Made by a program: the position numbers and the translations under genes. DNA of 60,274 bases from a virus (lineage: Duplodnaviria; Caudoviricetes): positions 1 through 60,274 of the IMG/VR virus record IMGVR_UViG_3300033412_000014; one strand, given 5' to 3'. Within the stretch, counting starts at the first letter, position 1. Each line of letters begins with the position of its first letter. This document shows positions 38,012 through 48,123 of the stretch, piece after piece. Below the pieces are notes generated by a model. That model searched no databases. It had not been told where the DNA came from and saw only the letters and a program-made list of their open reading frames with translations.

Positions 38012-38680
38012 CTACGACAGCAGCACCGCGCCACACGAGGCCGTCGGCGGCGGCGTGCTGGTGATGTTGAAGAGCCAGTGATCCCCCGCCTCGACCGGAC
38101 TCTCGATCCACGGCCCGGCACCACCCGGTCCAGTACCCCAGAACGTCGACGCGTCCTCCGTCTCGGAAACGAACGACATCGTCAGTGGACCGTTCTCGAT
38201 CGAGTAGTCCTGCACCATCGCATGGCCAACGTTCGGCCACGCCCAGTACACGTACTGCTGCTGACCCTGGGCGTTGCAGCGTCCGGCACCGGTGACCTTC
38301 TGCCAGGTCTCCATGGAGAACCGCGCGGTCACCAGACCGGTGCCGCCGGCGACGCCGGTTCCGGAGGCAGGCGTGCCGGTGGTGAGCAGCCGTTCACCGG
38401 TGACGAGGACGAACGCGTCCGGATCGAGTACACACATCTGTGTGGTGAGCTGGACGCGGGACAGCTCCGGCTCGCCCTTCTCGTTGATGCAGAATCGACC
38501 GTTCGCGTTGCGCTGCTGATAAACCTCACCCTCCTCGTACTGCGGGGAAGGTGCGATGCTGATGAAACCGTCGGTGACTACGACCGCACTCTCGGCGCCC
38601 GTCACGGGGATTCCGCACGTGTCCACCTTGACGAGCCGCATCACCGTACCCTTGATCGCGGATACGCAAAGCTCAGCCAT
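38012..38680 (-). CDS. Major tail protein
   Basis: G..MRL.KVD.CG, EEGE....NANG..C and YVYW; high-expression codon usage. Confidence 0.8.
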   Translation of the reverse strand: MAELCVSAIKGTVMRLVKVDTCGIPVTGAESAVVVTDGFISIAPSPQYEEGEVYQQRNANGRFCINEKGEPELSRVQLTTQMCVLDPDAFVLVTGERLLTTGTPASGTGVAGGTGLVTARFSMETWQKVTGAGRCNAQGQQQYVYWAWPNVGHAMVQDYSIENGPLTMSFVSETEDASTFWGTGPGGAGPWIESPVEAGDHWLFNITSTPPPTASCGAVLLS

Positions 38681-38692
38681 GTTGTTCTCCCG

Positions 38693-39619
38693 TTACGTTG
38701 CCGAGTTCGCGGTGCCGGTGACGGCACCACCGGTGGAGACTCGGACTCCGATGTGGCAGCAGTCCCAGCCGAGTAGGTAGGTTCGCTCGATGATCAGCGC
38801 GAGTGTGTTGTCCGAGCGATCCAGTGAGGACGTGCGATCCGCCACCTGCTTCGGCGCGCTTCGGTAGCCCATCAGCGCTCCAGTGGCGTACATCCACGCG
38901 GTTCCAGTGGGAGCGGCGGCTCCGGCCGGCGACGTGCCGGTGAAGCCTCCGCCGGGCACGACCTTGTTGCCCTTGGCCGTGTACCAGAGTCCGTTTCGCT
39001 GGAACACGAGCAGCTCGTTGACGAGCTCCTCGAAGACATCCAGCGTGACATAGATCAGACCCTGCGCCGAGTAGCAGTCGGACAGCTCACGCTCGAGAAT
39101 TCCGAGTCCCTCGACGACATCGACCGTTCCGGTGACGGGAACACTGGCCGCCGTCTGAAGCGTGACCATGTTGGTCGGCTGGCTCTCACCGAGGAAGATC
39201 GCGGTGTCGGCGGCAAGGTGAGGAAGTGCGATATTCGCGTCACCGTGAACGGTGCCGGTCCAGAACGCCTCCTCGACGACGTGCGCCTCGGAACGTCGTA
39301 GCGCCTCACGGACGTTGGCTTCCGCGGCGTCCCACCAGCCGACCGGCGAGCAGTCGATCTCGGTGTACACCGTGAACGGCGTCGCACCGCGCCAGTCGCG
39401 GGTGGCCTGTGCCGACTTAGTCGGGTTGGAGCCGCTCGCCGACGGCGAGAGTGTCTGGATACAGATGTCGTACGTCGTCGACGCGCCCCCACAGACGACG
39501 GGATACATGATCCCAAGTCGCCAGTGGGGATCCGTCGTATCGACCCACTGGACGTAGTCCAGCAAGGTGAAGGACTCGGGGGTGACGATGGGCGGAGCCA
39601 CCTCAAGCGGTCGTGCCAT
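38693..39619 (-). CDS. Second capsid protein (pentamer-type or minor capsid)
   Basis: Follows the major capsid gene; PFTVY...C, E...VEEAFW, WMYATG and ERTY motifs recalled from actinophage pentamer proteins. Confidence 0.6.
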   Translation of the reverse strand: MARPLEVAPPIVTPESFTLLDYVQWVDTTDPHWRLGIMYPVVCGGASTTYDICIQTLSPSASGSNPTKSAQATRDWRGATPFTVYTEIDCSPVGWWDAAEANVREALRRSEAHVVEEAFWTGTVHGDANIALPHLAADTAIFLGESQPTNMVTLQTAASVPVTGTVDVVEGLGILERELSDCYSAQGLIYVTLDVFEELVNELLVFQRNGLWYTAKGNKVVPGGGFTGTSPAGAAAPTGTAWMYATGALMGYRSAPKQVADRTSSLDRSDNTLALIIERTYLLGWDCCHIGVRVSTGGAVTGTANSAT

Positions 39620-39667
39620 TTCGTCACCTCCCTCGAATCGTCGTCTTCATTCCCTGGTAGCCGGACC

Positions 39668-41398
39668 TTAGACGTTGCAGCCCGTGGCCGACGCGGCACC
39701 CGAGATGCCGTTGACACAGTCGTCCACCGTCACGATGCGCGACTCGTGTCCGACCTTGGCGAGCAGCCAGCACTCTTCCATCCACGCGGCGGTGAAGTCG
39801 TTCGTCGCGTTGAGAACCGAGTCGCGAACGACACCGAGGTCGAGGGTCATGCCCTGACCGCGCACCCAGGTACCGGCGGGGTACATGAGGTACTGCGTGC
39901 CGGCCGACGACCAGTTGGTCGGCGGGGTAGCCGCACCCGGCTGGTTGGCCGCTCGGACCTGCCAGTCGGAGATGAACTGCGTCCGGATGTTCCGCGCGTC
40001 GAAGAAGTCGGCGAGCATGGAGTCGGTCACCGTCTGCCAGTCGCTGATGCCGGTGCGCATCGCGAAGTCGGACTTCATCTTGTCGCGGGCGAACCGCGGG
40101 TAGACGGCCTCGATGATCGCGTCGTCGCACATGTTGTACTTCTCGATGAGGTCCCGGCGCTCGAAGGTGGCCGAATTGAGCAGCCCCCACGAGGACGAGA
40201 CGTCCGAGCCGGCGGTGGTGACCGCGGTCGAACCGGCCACGGTGGCCGCGATGAGCCGCATGTTCATGTAGTGGTAGTGGATCGCCTCGACCAGCCGCAG
40301 GTGGTTCTGGATGAGCTCCGGGAACGCGTCCTGCGTCAGGTTGCCGACGGTGACGCACATACCGTCACAGGCCAGCGTCGCGTCGTTGTACGCGGGGCAG
40401 GGAACGCGAACACACGGCTTCACGCCGGACTGCGCGGTGCCGGTGGCGGCCGCGATGTCCATCGTGTTCGTCCAGGTCCAGACCACGCCCGGCAGAGCGG
40501 CGATGTCACCATACGACGGCGAGGTCGGCCACTGGATGCCACCACGGTTGATACCGATCGTCGGCAGGTCGAACGTGCCGTCCTGGCAAACGATGTTGTA
40601 GAAGTCGTACGAGATCTCGTGCGGGGAACACCAGCCACCGGCGGCGACCAGCGCGGCGGGGTCACTGGCCACGTCGATGATCTCGGACATGTCCTGTAGC
40701 GACATCTTCTCGCCAAGCGTGTAGCGGAAGTCACGCTGGAGCTGCGCGACCGGTACACGCTGACCGACGCCGTTGTTCGTCACGGCCATCGTGCGCGCCT
40801 TGGAGCTCATCGCCTTGGCCAGCGCGGCCATGTCCGGGATGTTACCGTTGTGCGTGAAGCCCGGGATGTCGGCGGACGCGACCAGGACCGGCATGTTGCG
40901 CTCCGGCGCATCACCGATCTTGGAGAGCGACTGTGCGCGACCCAGGTCGACCTCGCTGGTCGTCAGTGCGCGCTTCACGCCACGAAGCGACGGGTTCAGG
41001 CTGCGCTTCGGACCGTCGAGGCCACCGAGCTCGCGCAGCGCGGCCTTCACGCCACCCTGCTTCTTCGGGGCCGGCGTCTCCGCGGCAGGTTCGTCGACGG
41101 CGGGCGCGACCGGTTCCACCGATGCGGCGACCTCGCCACCCTTGAGGCGAGCCATGATCGCGTCCCGCGACGCCGCGTTCTGCGTCGCCTCGGTCTCGCG
41201 ACGGCTCCGCTCGGCGCGAACTCGGTCGACCTCGCCGGCCAGGAAGCCTCCGCGCTCCACGTGCTCCGATGTCACGTTCTCGGAGCTGAACATCTGGTCG
41301 ACCTCGGCATGTGCCGCGGTCTCGTACGCGTCCAGGTCCTCGGCCGAGAGGCTGCGAATCTCATCGCCCTCAGGCAGAACCAGTTCGTTTTCGTCCAC
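39668..41398 (-). CDS. Major capsid (hexamer-type) protein with N-terminal scaffold region
   Basis: Acidic coiled-coil N-terminus, LVAAGGWCSP.E..YD, KPC..VPCP and LDLGVVRDS.LNA.NDF. Confidence 0.9.
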   Translation of the reverse strand: MDENELVLPEGDEIRSLSAEDLDAYETAAHAEVDQMFSSENVTSEHVERGGFLAGEVDRVRAERSRRETEATQNAASRDAIMARLKGGEVAASVEPVAPAVDEPAAETPAPKKQGGVKAALRELGGLDGPKRSLNPSLRGVKRALTTSEVDLGRAQSLSKIGDAPERNMPVLVASADIPGFTHNGNIPDMAALAKAMSSKARTMAVTNNGVGQRVPVAQLQRDFRYTLGEKMSLQDMSEIIDVASDPAALVAAGGWCSPHEISYDFYNIVCQDGTFDLPTIGINRGGIQWPTSPSYGDIAALPGVVWTWTNTMDIAAATGTAQSGVKPCVRVPCPAYNDATLACDGMCVTVGNLTQDAFPELIQNHLRLVEAIHYHYMNMRLIAATVAGSTAVTTAGSDVSSSWGLLNSATFERRDLIEKYNMCDDAIIEAVYPRFARDKMKSDFAMRTGISDWQTVTDSMLADFFDARNIRTQFISDWQVRAANQPGAATPPTNWSSAGTQYLMYPAGTWVRGQGMTLDLGVVRDSVLNATNDFTAAWMEECWLLAKVGHESRIVTVDDCVNGISGAASATGCNV

Positions 41399-41503
41399 CC
41401 TTTAGTTCCTCACGGTGAGAAAGTCTAAGATCTGTTCACATAGTACAACACGGTTGCACAGACAAGCTAGCGATCTGGCAACCGTGTTTATCGAGCTGGT
41501 TGA

Positions 41504-43555
41504 CTACCCGCGACTCGCGAGTCGGGTGTTCGCGATGGCGTTGGATGCCGACGTCTGCGCGATCTCCTCGGCGTTCCCGTCACCGATTCCCGGCACCTGC
41601 TGAACGGGTGGAGTCTGTGCGGATGTCTGCTGTGATTCAGCGCGGCGCTTGGCGCCACAAGGTCCACATGCCACGGTCTTCTTCTCCTTCTTTGTCGGCG
41701 TCATGGTCGCCGCAGATGCGGTAAGACCACCGTTCATTCGCAGTCGAATCGCCTCGAGGTTCTGGCGGTTCCGACGATCTCCTCCAAGCTGCTGACGAAT
41801 GTGAGCCAGTGCGGTACGATTCGCATCGTCGGAAACGACGTCACCTACGTACGCGTGCTCACTGATGTGGATCGGCACCGAGCTGGCGACCACGACCGCG
41901 TTGTCATCTACGCGTACGGCCGCGACGTCGGTCGATCGCGCGAAGCCCGGAACGGGAACCGCGAGAGAGGCGACGAATTCCTTCCAGCCGCGACGATCAC
42001 GATGAGGCGCCCAATCACCCGACAGCTGACACGCCTGGAACCGCTGGAAGTCCGCGGCGGACATCGGCATGATCGTACCCGAGACCCACGGCGCCTTGTG
42101 CGTCCTCGACTCACCGACACGAACGACGGCCGCGATGGAGCACGAGTTGTCGTAGTGGCTCATACGCGCTTCGGGGTCGGTCGACGCGTATGGGTTGAGG
42201 TGACCACAGTTCATCGTGATCACGCCCGTGCGAATCTTCAGCACCTCACCGTCCGGACCCTCGACGAGCGTCGGCCGGTTCATCCAGGCGGTGTAGTCGA
42301 CGTTACCCATCGGAATCGTCACCCGCTTGTTCTGGAACGCACGGTGTGCCACGTTCGACGGACCGACGAGACCCCAGATGTGCCCGTTCGGTTCGATCCA
42401 GACGGCACCGATCGGCGGCAGGTCCTTGGGCTCCTGGAAGTACTCCAGTGGAGGTAGCTCCGGGATCTCGATCGTGAACCCACGACGCTTCGTCGTTGCC
42501 GCCGCGGTGATCACGTGCGTGTCAGGCTCGGGTTCCACGTTGATCACAGCACCGGCCGTAACCACCTCATCCAGCGTCGACAGGTCACCGGTGAGGTTCA
42601 GCGACGCCTCCACGAACGCGGGGAGGTTGACCATCGTCGCTCCTCGAACCCGGCCGTTGTGGAAGATGGTCTTGTCCGGCGTGAGCGGCATCATGCTCGG
42701 ATCCGCCTCGGGATCATCACCCTGACTGAAGACCAGTTCGATGTCACCGGCCTTGACCGAGTCGGCGTCGATCGAAACACCTCGCAGGTACTGACCCTTG
42801 ATCTTCCGCGCGGCCTGCATACCGTATGGGTCACCGAGGTCGATCGTGCCCTTGCCCATGATCCGGTTACCGTCACGCCACACGTGCGTGATGTTGCCGA
42901 CGTTCACGGACTTGTCGGTGGTACCACCGTGGCTGGTCTCATACTGGTACATCAGCGGGATCGGCAGCTCAGGCCAGGTGAGTGAGTTCGGCGCGAACTC
43001 ACGTCCGTCGCCCGTCTCCACACCTTCGACCGCGAGAACTCCGTCCCACCCTATCGAACGTGACGATGGTGTCACGTCACCGGCGCCGACACGCCGAACG
43101 GGTGCGTTACCTGTCCTCACCGCAAAGCTCTCCGTTTCACCGCTGTGACCCTTACCGGGCGGGGCTCCGACCGCCTCCGTGTGGTACTCGTTGCAGAGTC
43201 CCTGTGGATCACGAACGTACTTACCCAGGTGACGGACGCAGCGGTTGAAATCACCGTCGGTTCCCCAACGGATCTTCGCAGCTCCCTCACCATGGGTCCA
43301 GTACTCCCGCAGACCACGATCACTTCCGTACGCCTCCGCCGAGATCTTGATTACTCCTGGATCATCGTACAACGTCTCGGTGGTGTTGTCGGTGATCGCA
43401 CTGGCCGTCAGCACCGACCCAGGCGTGTTAAGTATGACGTTGAGTTCGTCGTCGGTGAACCCGTCCGTGTCGGTCGATTCATCGTCATCGACGACGTGGA
43501 ACTGTGGGTCGTTGGCCGGGTCGGTCAACGGCGTAAGTTCGGTCTTGTCAGCCAT
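41504..43555 (-). CDS. Capsid maturation protease with extra N-terminal domain
   Basis: GVLAVEG..TGDGR, H...VG.I, GVSID.D and GATMV..PAF.EA; N-terminal YWTHGEGAAKIRW..GDF.RC module. Confidence 0.8.
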   Translation of the reverse strand: MADKTELTPLTDPANDPQFHVVDDDESTDTDGFTDDELNVILNTPGSVLTASAITDNTTETLYDDPGVIKISAEAYGSDRGLREYWTHGEGAAKIRWGTDGDFNRCVRHLGKYVRDPQGLCNEYHTEAVGAPPGKGHSGETESFAVRTGNAPVRRVGAGDVTPSSRSIGWDGVLAVEGVETGDGREFAPNSLTWPELPIPLMYQYETSHGGTTDKSVNVGNITHVWRDGNRIMGKGTIDLGDPYGMQAARKIKGQYLRGVSIDADSVKAGDIELVFSQGDDPEADPSMMPLTPDKTIFHNGRVRGATMVNLPAFVEASLNLTGDLSTLDEVVTAGAVINVEPEPDTHVITAAATTKRRGFTIEIPELPPLEYFQEPKDLPPIGAVWIEPNGHIWGLVGPSNVAHRAFQNKRVTIPMGNVDYTAWMNRPTLVEGPDGEVLKIRTGVITMNCGHLNPYASTDPEARMSHYDNSCSIAAVVRVGESRTHKAPWVSGTIMPMSAADFQRFQACQLSGDWAPHRDRRGWKEFVASLAVPVPGFARSTDVAAVRVDDNAVVVASSVPIHISEHAYVGDVVSDDANRTALAHIRQQLGGDRRNRQNLEAIRLRMNGGLTASAATMTPTKKEKKTVACGPCGAKRRAESQQTSAQTPPVQQVPGIGDGNAEEIAQTSASNAIANTRLASRG

Positions 43556-46500
43556 TAGCCGACCACCTCCAGGTGAACTTCTGTCGAGTAACTGCTCGGC
43601 ACTACCTTCTTGATCCGATACTTAAGCCCGGGTGCCAGCAGCAGTTCATTCTCCGACTTGTGCAAGCTGATCTCTTTTACCCACGCGGCCGGCGTTCCCA
43701 CAGGGACGTCGATCGTCAGTTTAAGTTCACCACTGAACGCCGCCGTTCCACCCGCTGACGTGCTGAGGAAACCGTCCTCTTGTACGGTCTTTCCCTCTAG
43801 GTCCTGAAGCAGCTTGATCCGCTCAGATGTGGACAGCTTCTCAGCACCCAATCCAAACGCCGACCAGCCAGAGCCACGGTGCACCCGAACCGCCTTGGTG
43901 ATCGGTCGCATACCGTCGATCGCGTTCTGGTTGGTCTTCTTTATGGACTCCGTGCACGTAGACGGCTTCCGAAGACATCCGTTCATACTGGAGTACGTAC
44001 CACCGGTGTACGTCCGCAACGCCGACGACTGCGAAGCCGTCCACGCGCCGTGCTGCGCGTGCATCTCCTCCTGGATCTTCTTCATCGTCAACGGCGTACG
44101 AATGGGGAAGTCCGTCGACGGCTCGATGTTGACGACCGGAAGCGTCGGTGTACCGGGTGAGTACTTCACACCAGCCTTGGTGAGCGGCTGCAGTGTCGGG
44201 CCGATGCTAAGCGTGTACGACAGCTTAGACTTACCCGCCAGTGTCTTGCCGTACTTCTGCAGCTTGTCGGTGAAGGGTGTCTTCGACGTCTTGGTGCTCG
44301 TCGTTTCATCCATCGCCGCAAGGATCTGAAGAGGCGTGAACTCTGGATGAGCCTTGATCGCCTTTGCGAGTGCGTCCACCATGTCCGACGCGTTGGTGTG
44401 CCACTTCACACCGTCGTCGCTGAAGATCTTCTTGATCGCGGCGGCCTTTGCCGGTGTCATCACCGCGGCGGGCTTAGGCGTGAATCCTGCCTTGATGCCA
44501 CCCGACGGTTCGTCTACCTTGGACCATATGCCAGATCCGGCGGCCATGGCGGCGATGACGTGGTTCTCGTCATCATACGTCTTTGCATGTTGCCACGTAC
44601 CCGTGGAGGTCTTCGTCTGCTTGACGAACTTTCCGTTGTTAAAGATGATACGTGTTAGTGGCGTGCCAGCGATCGACTTGTTGTACATCGCGACGACGTC
44701 GTCGTCCTTGTACACACCCTGCTTGATCGTCTCTTCCAGGGAGAGTCCCGAGGTCGGGTTGGCGGCCTTCGTCGTCAGCAGATCCACGGCGCTGAGCGTG
44801 GGTGCCGGCATCGCGGACGGAGTCGCGGACGGCACATCAACACCGAACTTCGGTTCGTCGCCCTTAACCCACTTCGACGTCTTAGCGGCCGTTAACGAGT
44901 CGACGACCTTCTGTGGATCACTGGTCGTCACCTTAACCTGCCAGACACCGCCGGTGAGTCCCGACTTAGTCCGCTTCACGTACTTCTTGTTCATGTCGTC
45001 CCAGATCCACTGGGACTCACCCGCGGAGTTCTTGAAGCGAGCGATCACCTGGCCGTCGGCGTACTTACCGTGCAAGATCGTCGTGGGGAGATCCAGCGGG
45101 GCGGCCGGTGGCGTAGCACTCGTCGTCGACGGAACGTCAACACCAAGTGACGGTTCCTCACCCTTGTACCACCCACCCGCGTTGAAGACCGGCGCGGTGA
45201 TGTTCGACGCGACGGTCTCAGCACTAGGTGAGGAGTTCTTCGTCTCCCAGACACCGGTCTTCTTAGACTTGACCTGCGAGAGGTACATCTTGCTGTTGGC
45301 GTCCCAAACCCAACGTGCCTCGATGTCATTGTGCTTGTAAAACGCGATGACCTGACCGTCCGCGTACTTACCGTGTATGACGGTGTTGGCGTAGTCGTTG
45401 TCCATCGGTACAAGCTCGGTCATCGTCTTAACGACGATCGGCGCACTCGTCGGTGGTGCCGCCGGAGTCAGTTCACCGAGGTACCAGCCGGAACCCGCGT
45501 CGATACCTTGGAGCTTCTTGTACGCCTCAGCCTTGCCGTACGGTGCACCACTCCATGTGCCGTCGTCCTTCTTAAATTCGATGTGAATCTTGTTGTTCTT
45601 GTAGATGGCTCGCCACTCATCGTTACCTGACGTCGCGATGACCTCGCCGTCCTGGTACTTCCCGTAGATGATCGCGTTGGTGAGCTTCGGCACCTTCTTC
45701 GGTAGCGGCTTCGCAACCGCGGACGGTGTCGTAACGGACTTGATTGGCCCAGGTGGCGTCATCGGCTTGCCGACACCCATCCAGCTGTAGTCCGCCTGCT
45801 GGAACTCATCGAGGCTGGTGTACTTATCTACGGTGAAGAACTTACCGTCCGCACCTTCGACCTGATCGTGAAGAACCCATTCACCGTCCGCGTTCAGCTT
45901 GCCAACGAGACGATGATAGTCACCGGTTACCGGATCCTCGCCACCTGCAATGCCTTCACCTATAGCGAAGATGCCCTTTGACATCTGATCCCACAGCTTG
46001 CTGTGAGGAGCGCCGGTGTCGGAGAACTTATCCGGGTGAACCGGGTCCATCGCCGTCATCGTGGGCGCCTTGGGCGTGGGAACAGCGGACTTCTTGTTGA
46101 CGTCGTACTCTTCCAGGTACGCCGCGTCGAACTCGTCCTTGCTTTCCCACGTCCGATCGAGGTGCCAGTCACCGTCCTCGAACTGGTACTCTGCGAGCTG
46201 CTGACCCGTGTCGTAGTCCTGAACGATGATCTTAAGTGGCATCTCTTTTCCATCGAGTGACGTGCCCTTAAGGATCACATCACCGTCATTGAACATCTTA
46301 CTCGTAACGACAAGGTCCCAGATGTTCTCTTGCAACTCAGCGGCGTAGTCATACTCCTCACCGCTGAAGATGGATCCTTGATCGATTGCGGTCGGAGCGT
46401 TCTTCTTGTCCGCCATGTGCTTCTTGAACGCGTCGGTCGGTGAAAGTGACTCATCGATCGATGGTTCGTCGCCGAACATTGCCTTGTTGTGAAGCGCGGT

Positions 46501-48123
46501 TGCCTCGGCCTCAGACAGCTCACCGTCATCATCGAGGTCGCCTGGTAGGTGTGCGTCGATCGGGTGGAAGCCGATGTCACTGGGCAGGTCGGGCGAAACA
46601 CCTTCCTGCTGGGCGAGCTTGAGAAGGCTCTCACGCCGAGCGACCAGCTTATCGGCGAGCTTCTTGTCCTTGATGATCTCACGGATCTTCTCAGGCGTGA
46701 GATCCTCTACACGCTTGACCGACTCCTTGAGCTCATCGGTCGTCATTCCCTTGAAGATCTTCGCGGCGAAGGGATTCTGTGTCGTGCTGCGCAGACTCGA
46801 CCACTCGCCGACATCGGTGCCGAACGCACCACCCTTCGCTGTACCCTGTGCGCGGTACGCCAGCGCACCACCGACGTCGATCCGATGTGGCTTACCCTGC
46901 GCGTCAAAGACGATGTTGTCGAACCCGGTACCCGCGACGTCCCAGTTGGCGAGAAGTGCGTCGACCGCGAAGCCCTCACGAATCGCGTGAATCTTCGCTG
47001 TGTCATTGCCGTTAACGGCCGACGACAGCGTCGTTTCACCCACGTCGACGAGCCGTGTCGCGGTATGCGTTCCCGAGCTGAGACCCGGCGCACCCTCGCC
47101 GATGATGACCTCAGGTACGTCGATACCAGCGGCACGGTAGAGCAGTGACGCATCGCGCTCGTTCTGCGCGTGCTTCGCGGTCTTCTGCTTCTTCACATAC
47201 CAGCGTGATCCGTCTGGCGCCTCGTAGAACCCGCCCTCATTGGAGCCGGCCTTGCCACCGACCTTCTTCAGCCCAGAGAAGTCACCCGACTGGATCTTCT
47301 TGATGACATCCGATTCGACCGGCCCGGCGGAACCCGGTGACAGGTCGATCTCAGGCGGGTTCGACGGGCCAAGGTCATCGAACGGCAACACGTCGGTGTC
47401 ACCCTTGAGGAAGTCAACGATTCCCTTGGTACCCGGAACCTTGGCGAACTTTCCGTCGGCATCTCGCGGGTGTTCGGACGGCTTGAACTGCTTCTTACCG
47501 GCGGCGACGACCGGATCGTCAGCATCCTGCGCGCCGAGAGGGAAGTCGGTGATCTCACCGGCGAACACGACACGGATCCGGTCGAATGTCACGGGTCCGA
47601 GCTTCTTCATCGCCTGCTTGACGACGCTCATCTCGTCGGAGTACGCGAGCGTGATGTGCGGAACCCAGGGGGTGTGCTGCTCAGGAACCTCGTCATCGAA
47701 GACGTCGACGACGTTGCCGGTGATCGCCTTGTGCAGGGCAACCAGCAGGTCGGAGCCGCGAACACCCAACACCACCGCGGTGTCGAAGTCGTCACTGGAT
47801 GGGTTGAAGATGTTCACCGAGAACGTCTCGGTCGTGATCGCAACATATCGCTCGACGATCTCTTCGACGACGCGTCGCAGTAGGTCACGCCCCTCCTCAC
47901 CCCACAGGTTCGCGTCACCGAGGAACAGAAGTGTGGTGTGCAGCTCAGACGCGGGTTCGGCACCGTCGACGTCCAGCGCGAGGGCGTTCGCGTCCTCAGC
48001 CGTCGGCATCAGTGCGATCATGCCGCCGAGGTTAACCTCACCGGCAGCCGTGAGGGACTCTTCGATGATGTCGACGAAGCCGTCATCGAAGAGTCGTGTG
48101 ACATCCATCTCGTCGGTCTTCAT
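43555..48123 (-). CDS. Polyvalent head-module protein: 2H phosphoesterase + HipA/PI3K-like kinase + repeats + ADP-ribosyltransferase
   Basis: HTTL/HITL 2H motifs; GSNEGG..WYVK, DALLANWD and RIDVGG kinase motifs; YT...Y..MN..LR, HRG, FLSTS and ENELLL ART motifs. Confidence 0.85.
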   Translation of the reverse strand: MKTDEMDVTRLFDDGFVDIIEESLTAAGEVNLGGMIALMPTAEDANALALDVDGAEPASELHTTLLFLGDANLWGEEGRDLLRRVVEEIVERYVAITTETFSVNIFNPSSDDFDTAVVLGVRGSDLLVALHKAITGNVVDVFDDEVPEQHTPWVPHITLAYSDEMSVVKQAMKKLGPVTFDRIRVVFAGEITDFPLGAQDADDPVVAAGKKQFKPSEHPRDADGKFAKVPGTKGIVDFLKGDTDVLPFDDLGPSNPPEIDLSPGSAGPVESDVIKKIQSGDFSGLKKVGGKAGSNEGGFYEAPDGSRWYVKKQKTAKHAQNERDASLLYRAAGIDVPEVIIGEGAPGLSSGTHTATRLVDVGETTLSSAVNGNDTAKIHAIREGFAVDALLANWDVAGTGFDNIVFDAQGKPHRIDVGGALAYRAQGTAKGGAFGTDVGEWSSLRSTTQNPFAAKIFKGMTTDELKESVKRVEDLTPEKIREIIKDKKLADKLVARRESLLKLAQQEGVSPDLPSDIGFHPIDAHLPGDLDDDGELSEAEATALHNKAMFGDEPSIDESLSPTDAFKKHMADKKNAPTAIDQGSIFSGEEYDYAAELQENIWDLVVTSKMFNDGDVILKGTSLDGKEMPLKIIVQDYDTGQQLAEYQFEDGDWHLDRTWESKDEFDAAYLEEYDVNKKSAVPTPKAPTMTAMDPVHPDKFSDTGAPHSKLWDQMSKGIFAIGEGIAGGEDPVTGDYHRLVGKLNADGEWVLHDQVEGADGKFFTVDKYTSLDEFQQADYSWMGVGKPMTPPGPIKSVTTPSAVAKPLPKKVPKLTNAIIYGKYQDGEVIATSGNDEWRAIYKNNKIHIEFKKDDGTWSGAPYGKAEAYKKLQGIDAGSGWYLGELTPAAPPTSAPIVVKTMTELVPMDNDYANTVIHGKYADGQVIAFYKHNDIEARWVWDANSKMYLSQVKSKKTGVWETKNSSPSAETVASNITAPVFNAGGWYKGEEPSLGVDVPSTTSATPPAAPLDLPTTILHGKYADGQVIARFKNSAGESQWIWDDMNKKYVKRTKSGLTGGVWQVKVTTSDPQKVVDSLTAAKTSKWVKGDEPKFGVDVPSATPSAMPAPTLSAVDLLTTKAANPTSGLSLEETIKQGVYKDDDVVAMYNKSIAGTPLTRIIFNNGKFVKQTKTSTGTWQHAKTYDDENHVIAAMAAGSGIWSKVDEPSGGIKAGFTPKPAAVMTPAKAAAIKKIFSDDGVKWHTNASDMVDALAKAIKAHPEFTPLQILAAMDETTSTKTSKTPFTDKLQKYGKTLAGKSKLSYTLSIGPTLQPLTKAGVKYSPGTPTLPVVNIEPSTDFPIRTPLTMKKIQEEMHAQHGAWTASQSSALRTYTGGTYSSMNGCLRKPSTCTESIKKTNQNAIDGMRPITKAVRVHRGSGWSAFGLGAEKLSTSERIKLLQDLEGKTVQEDGFLSTSAGGTAAFSGELKLTIDVPVGTPAAWVKEISLHKSENELLLAPGLKYRIKKVVPSSYSTEVHLEVVG

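Noticed and set aside
47535-48040. 2H domain as the ligase splicing the expanded tRNAs
   Set aside because: No bulge-helix-bulge motif or splicing endonuclease was seen; head-operon context fits an Acb1-like role better
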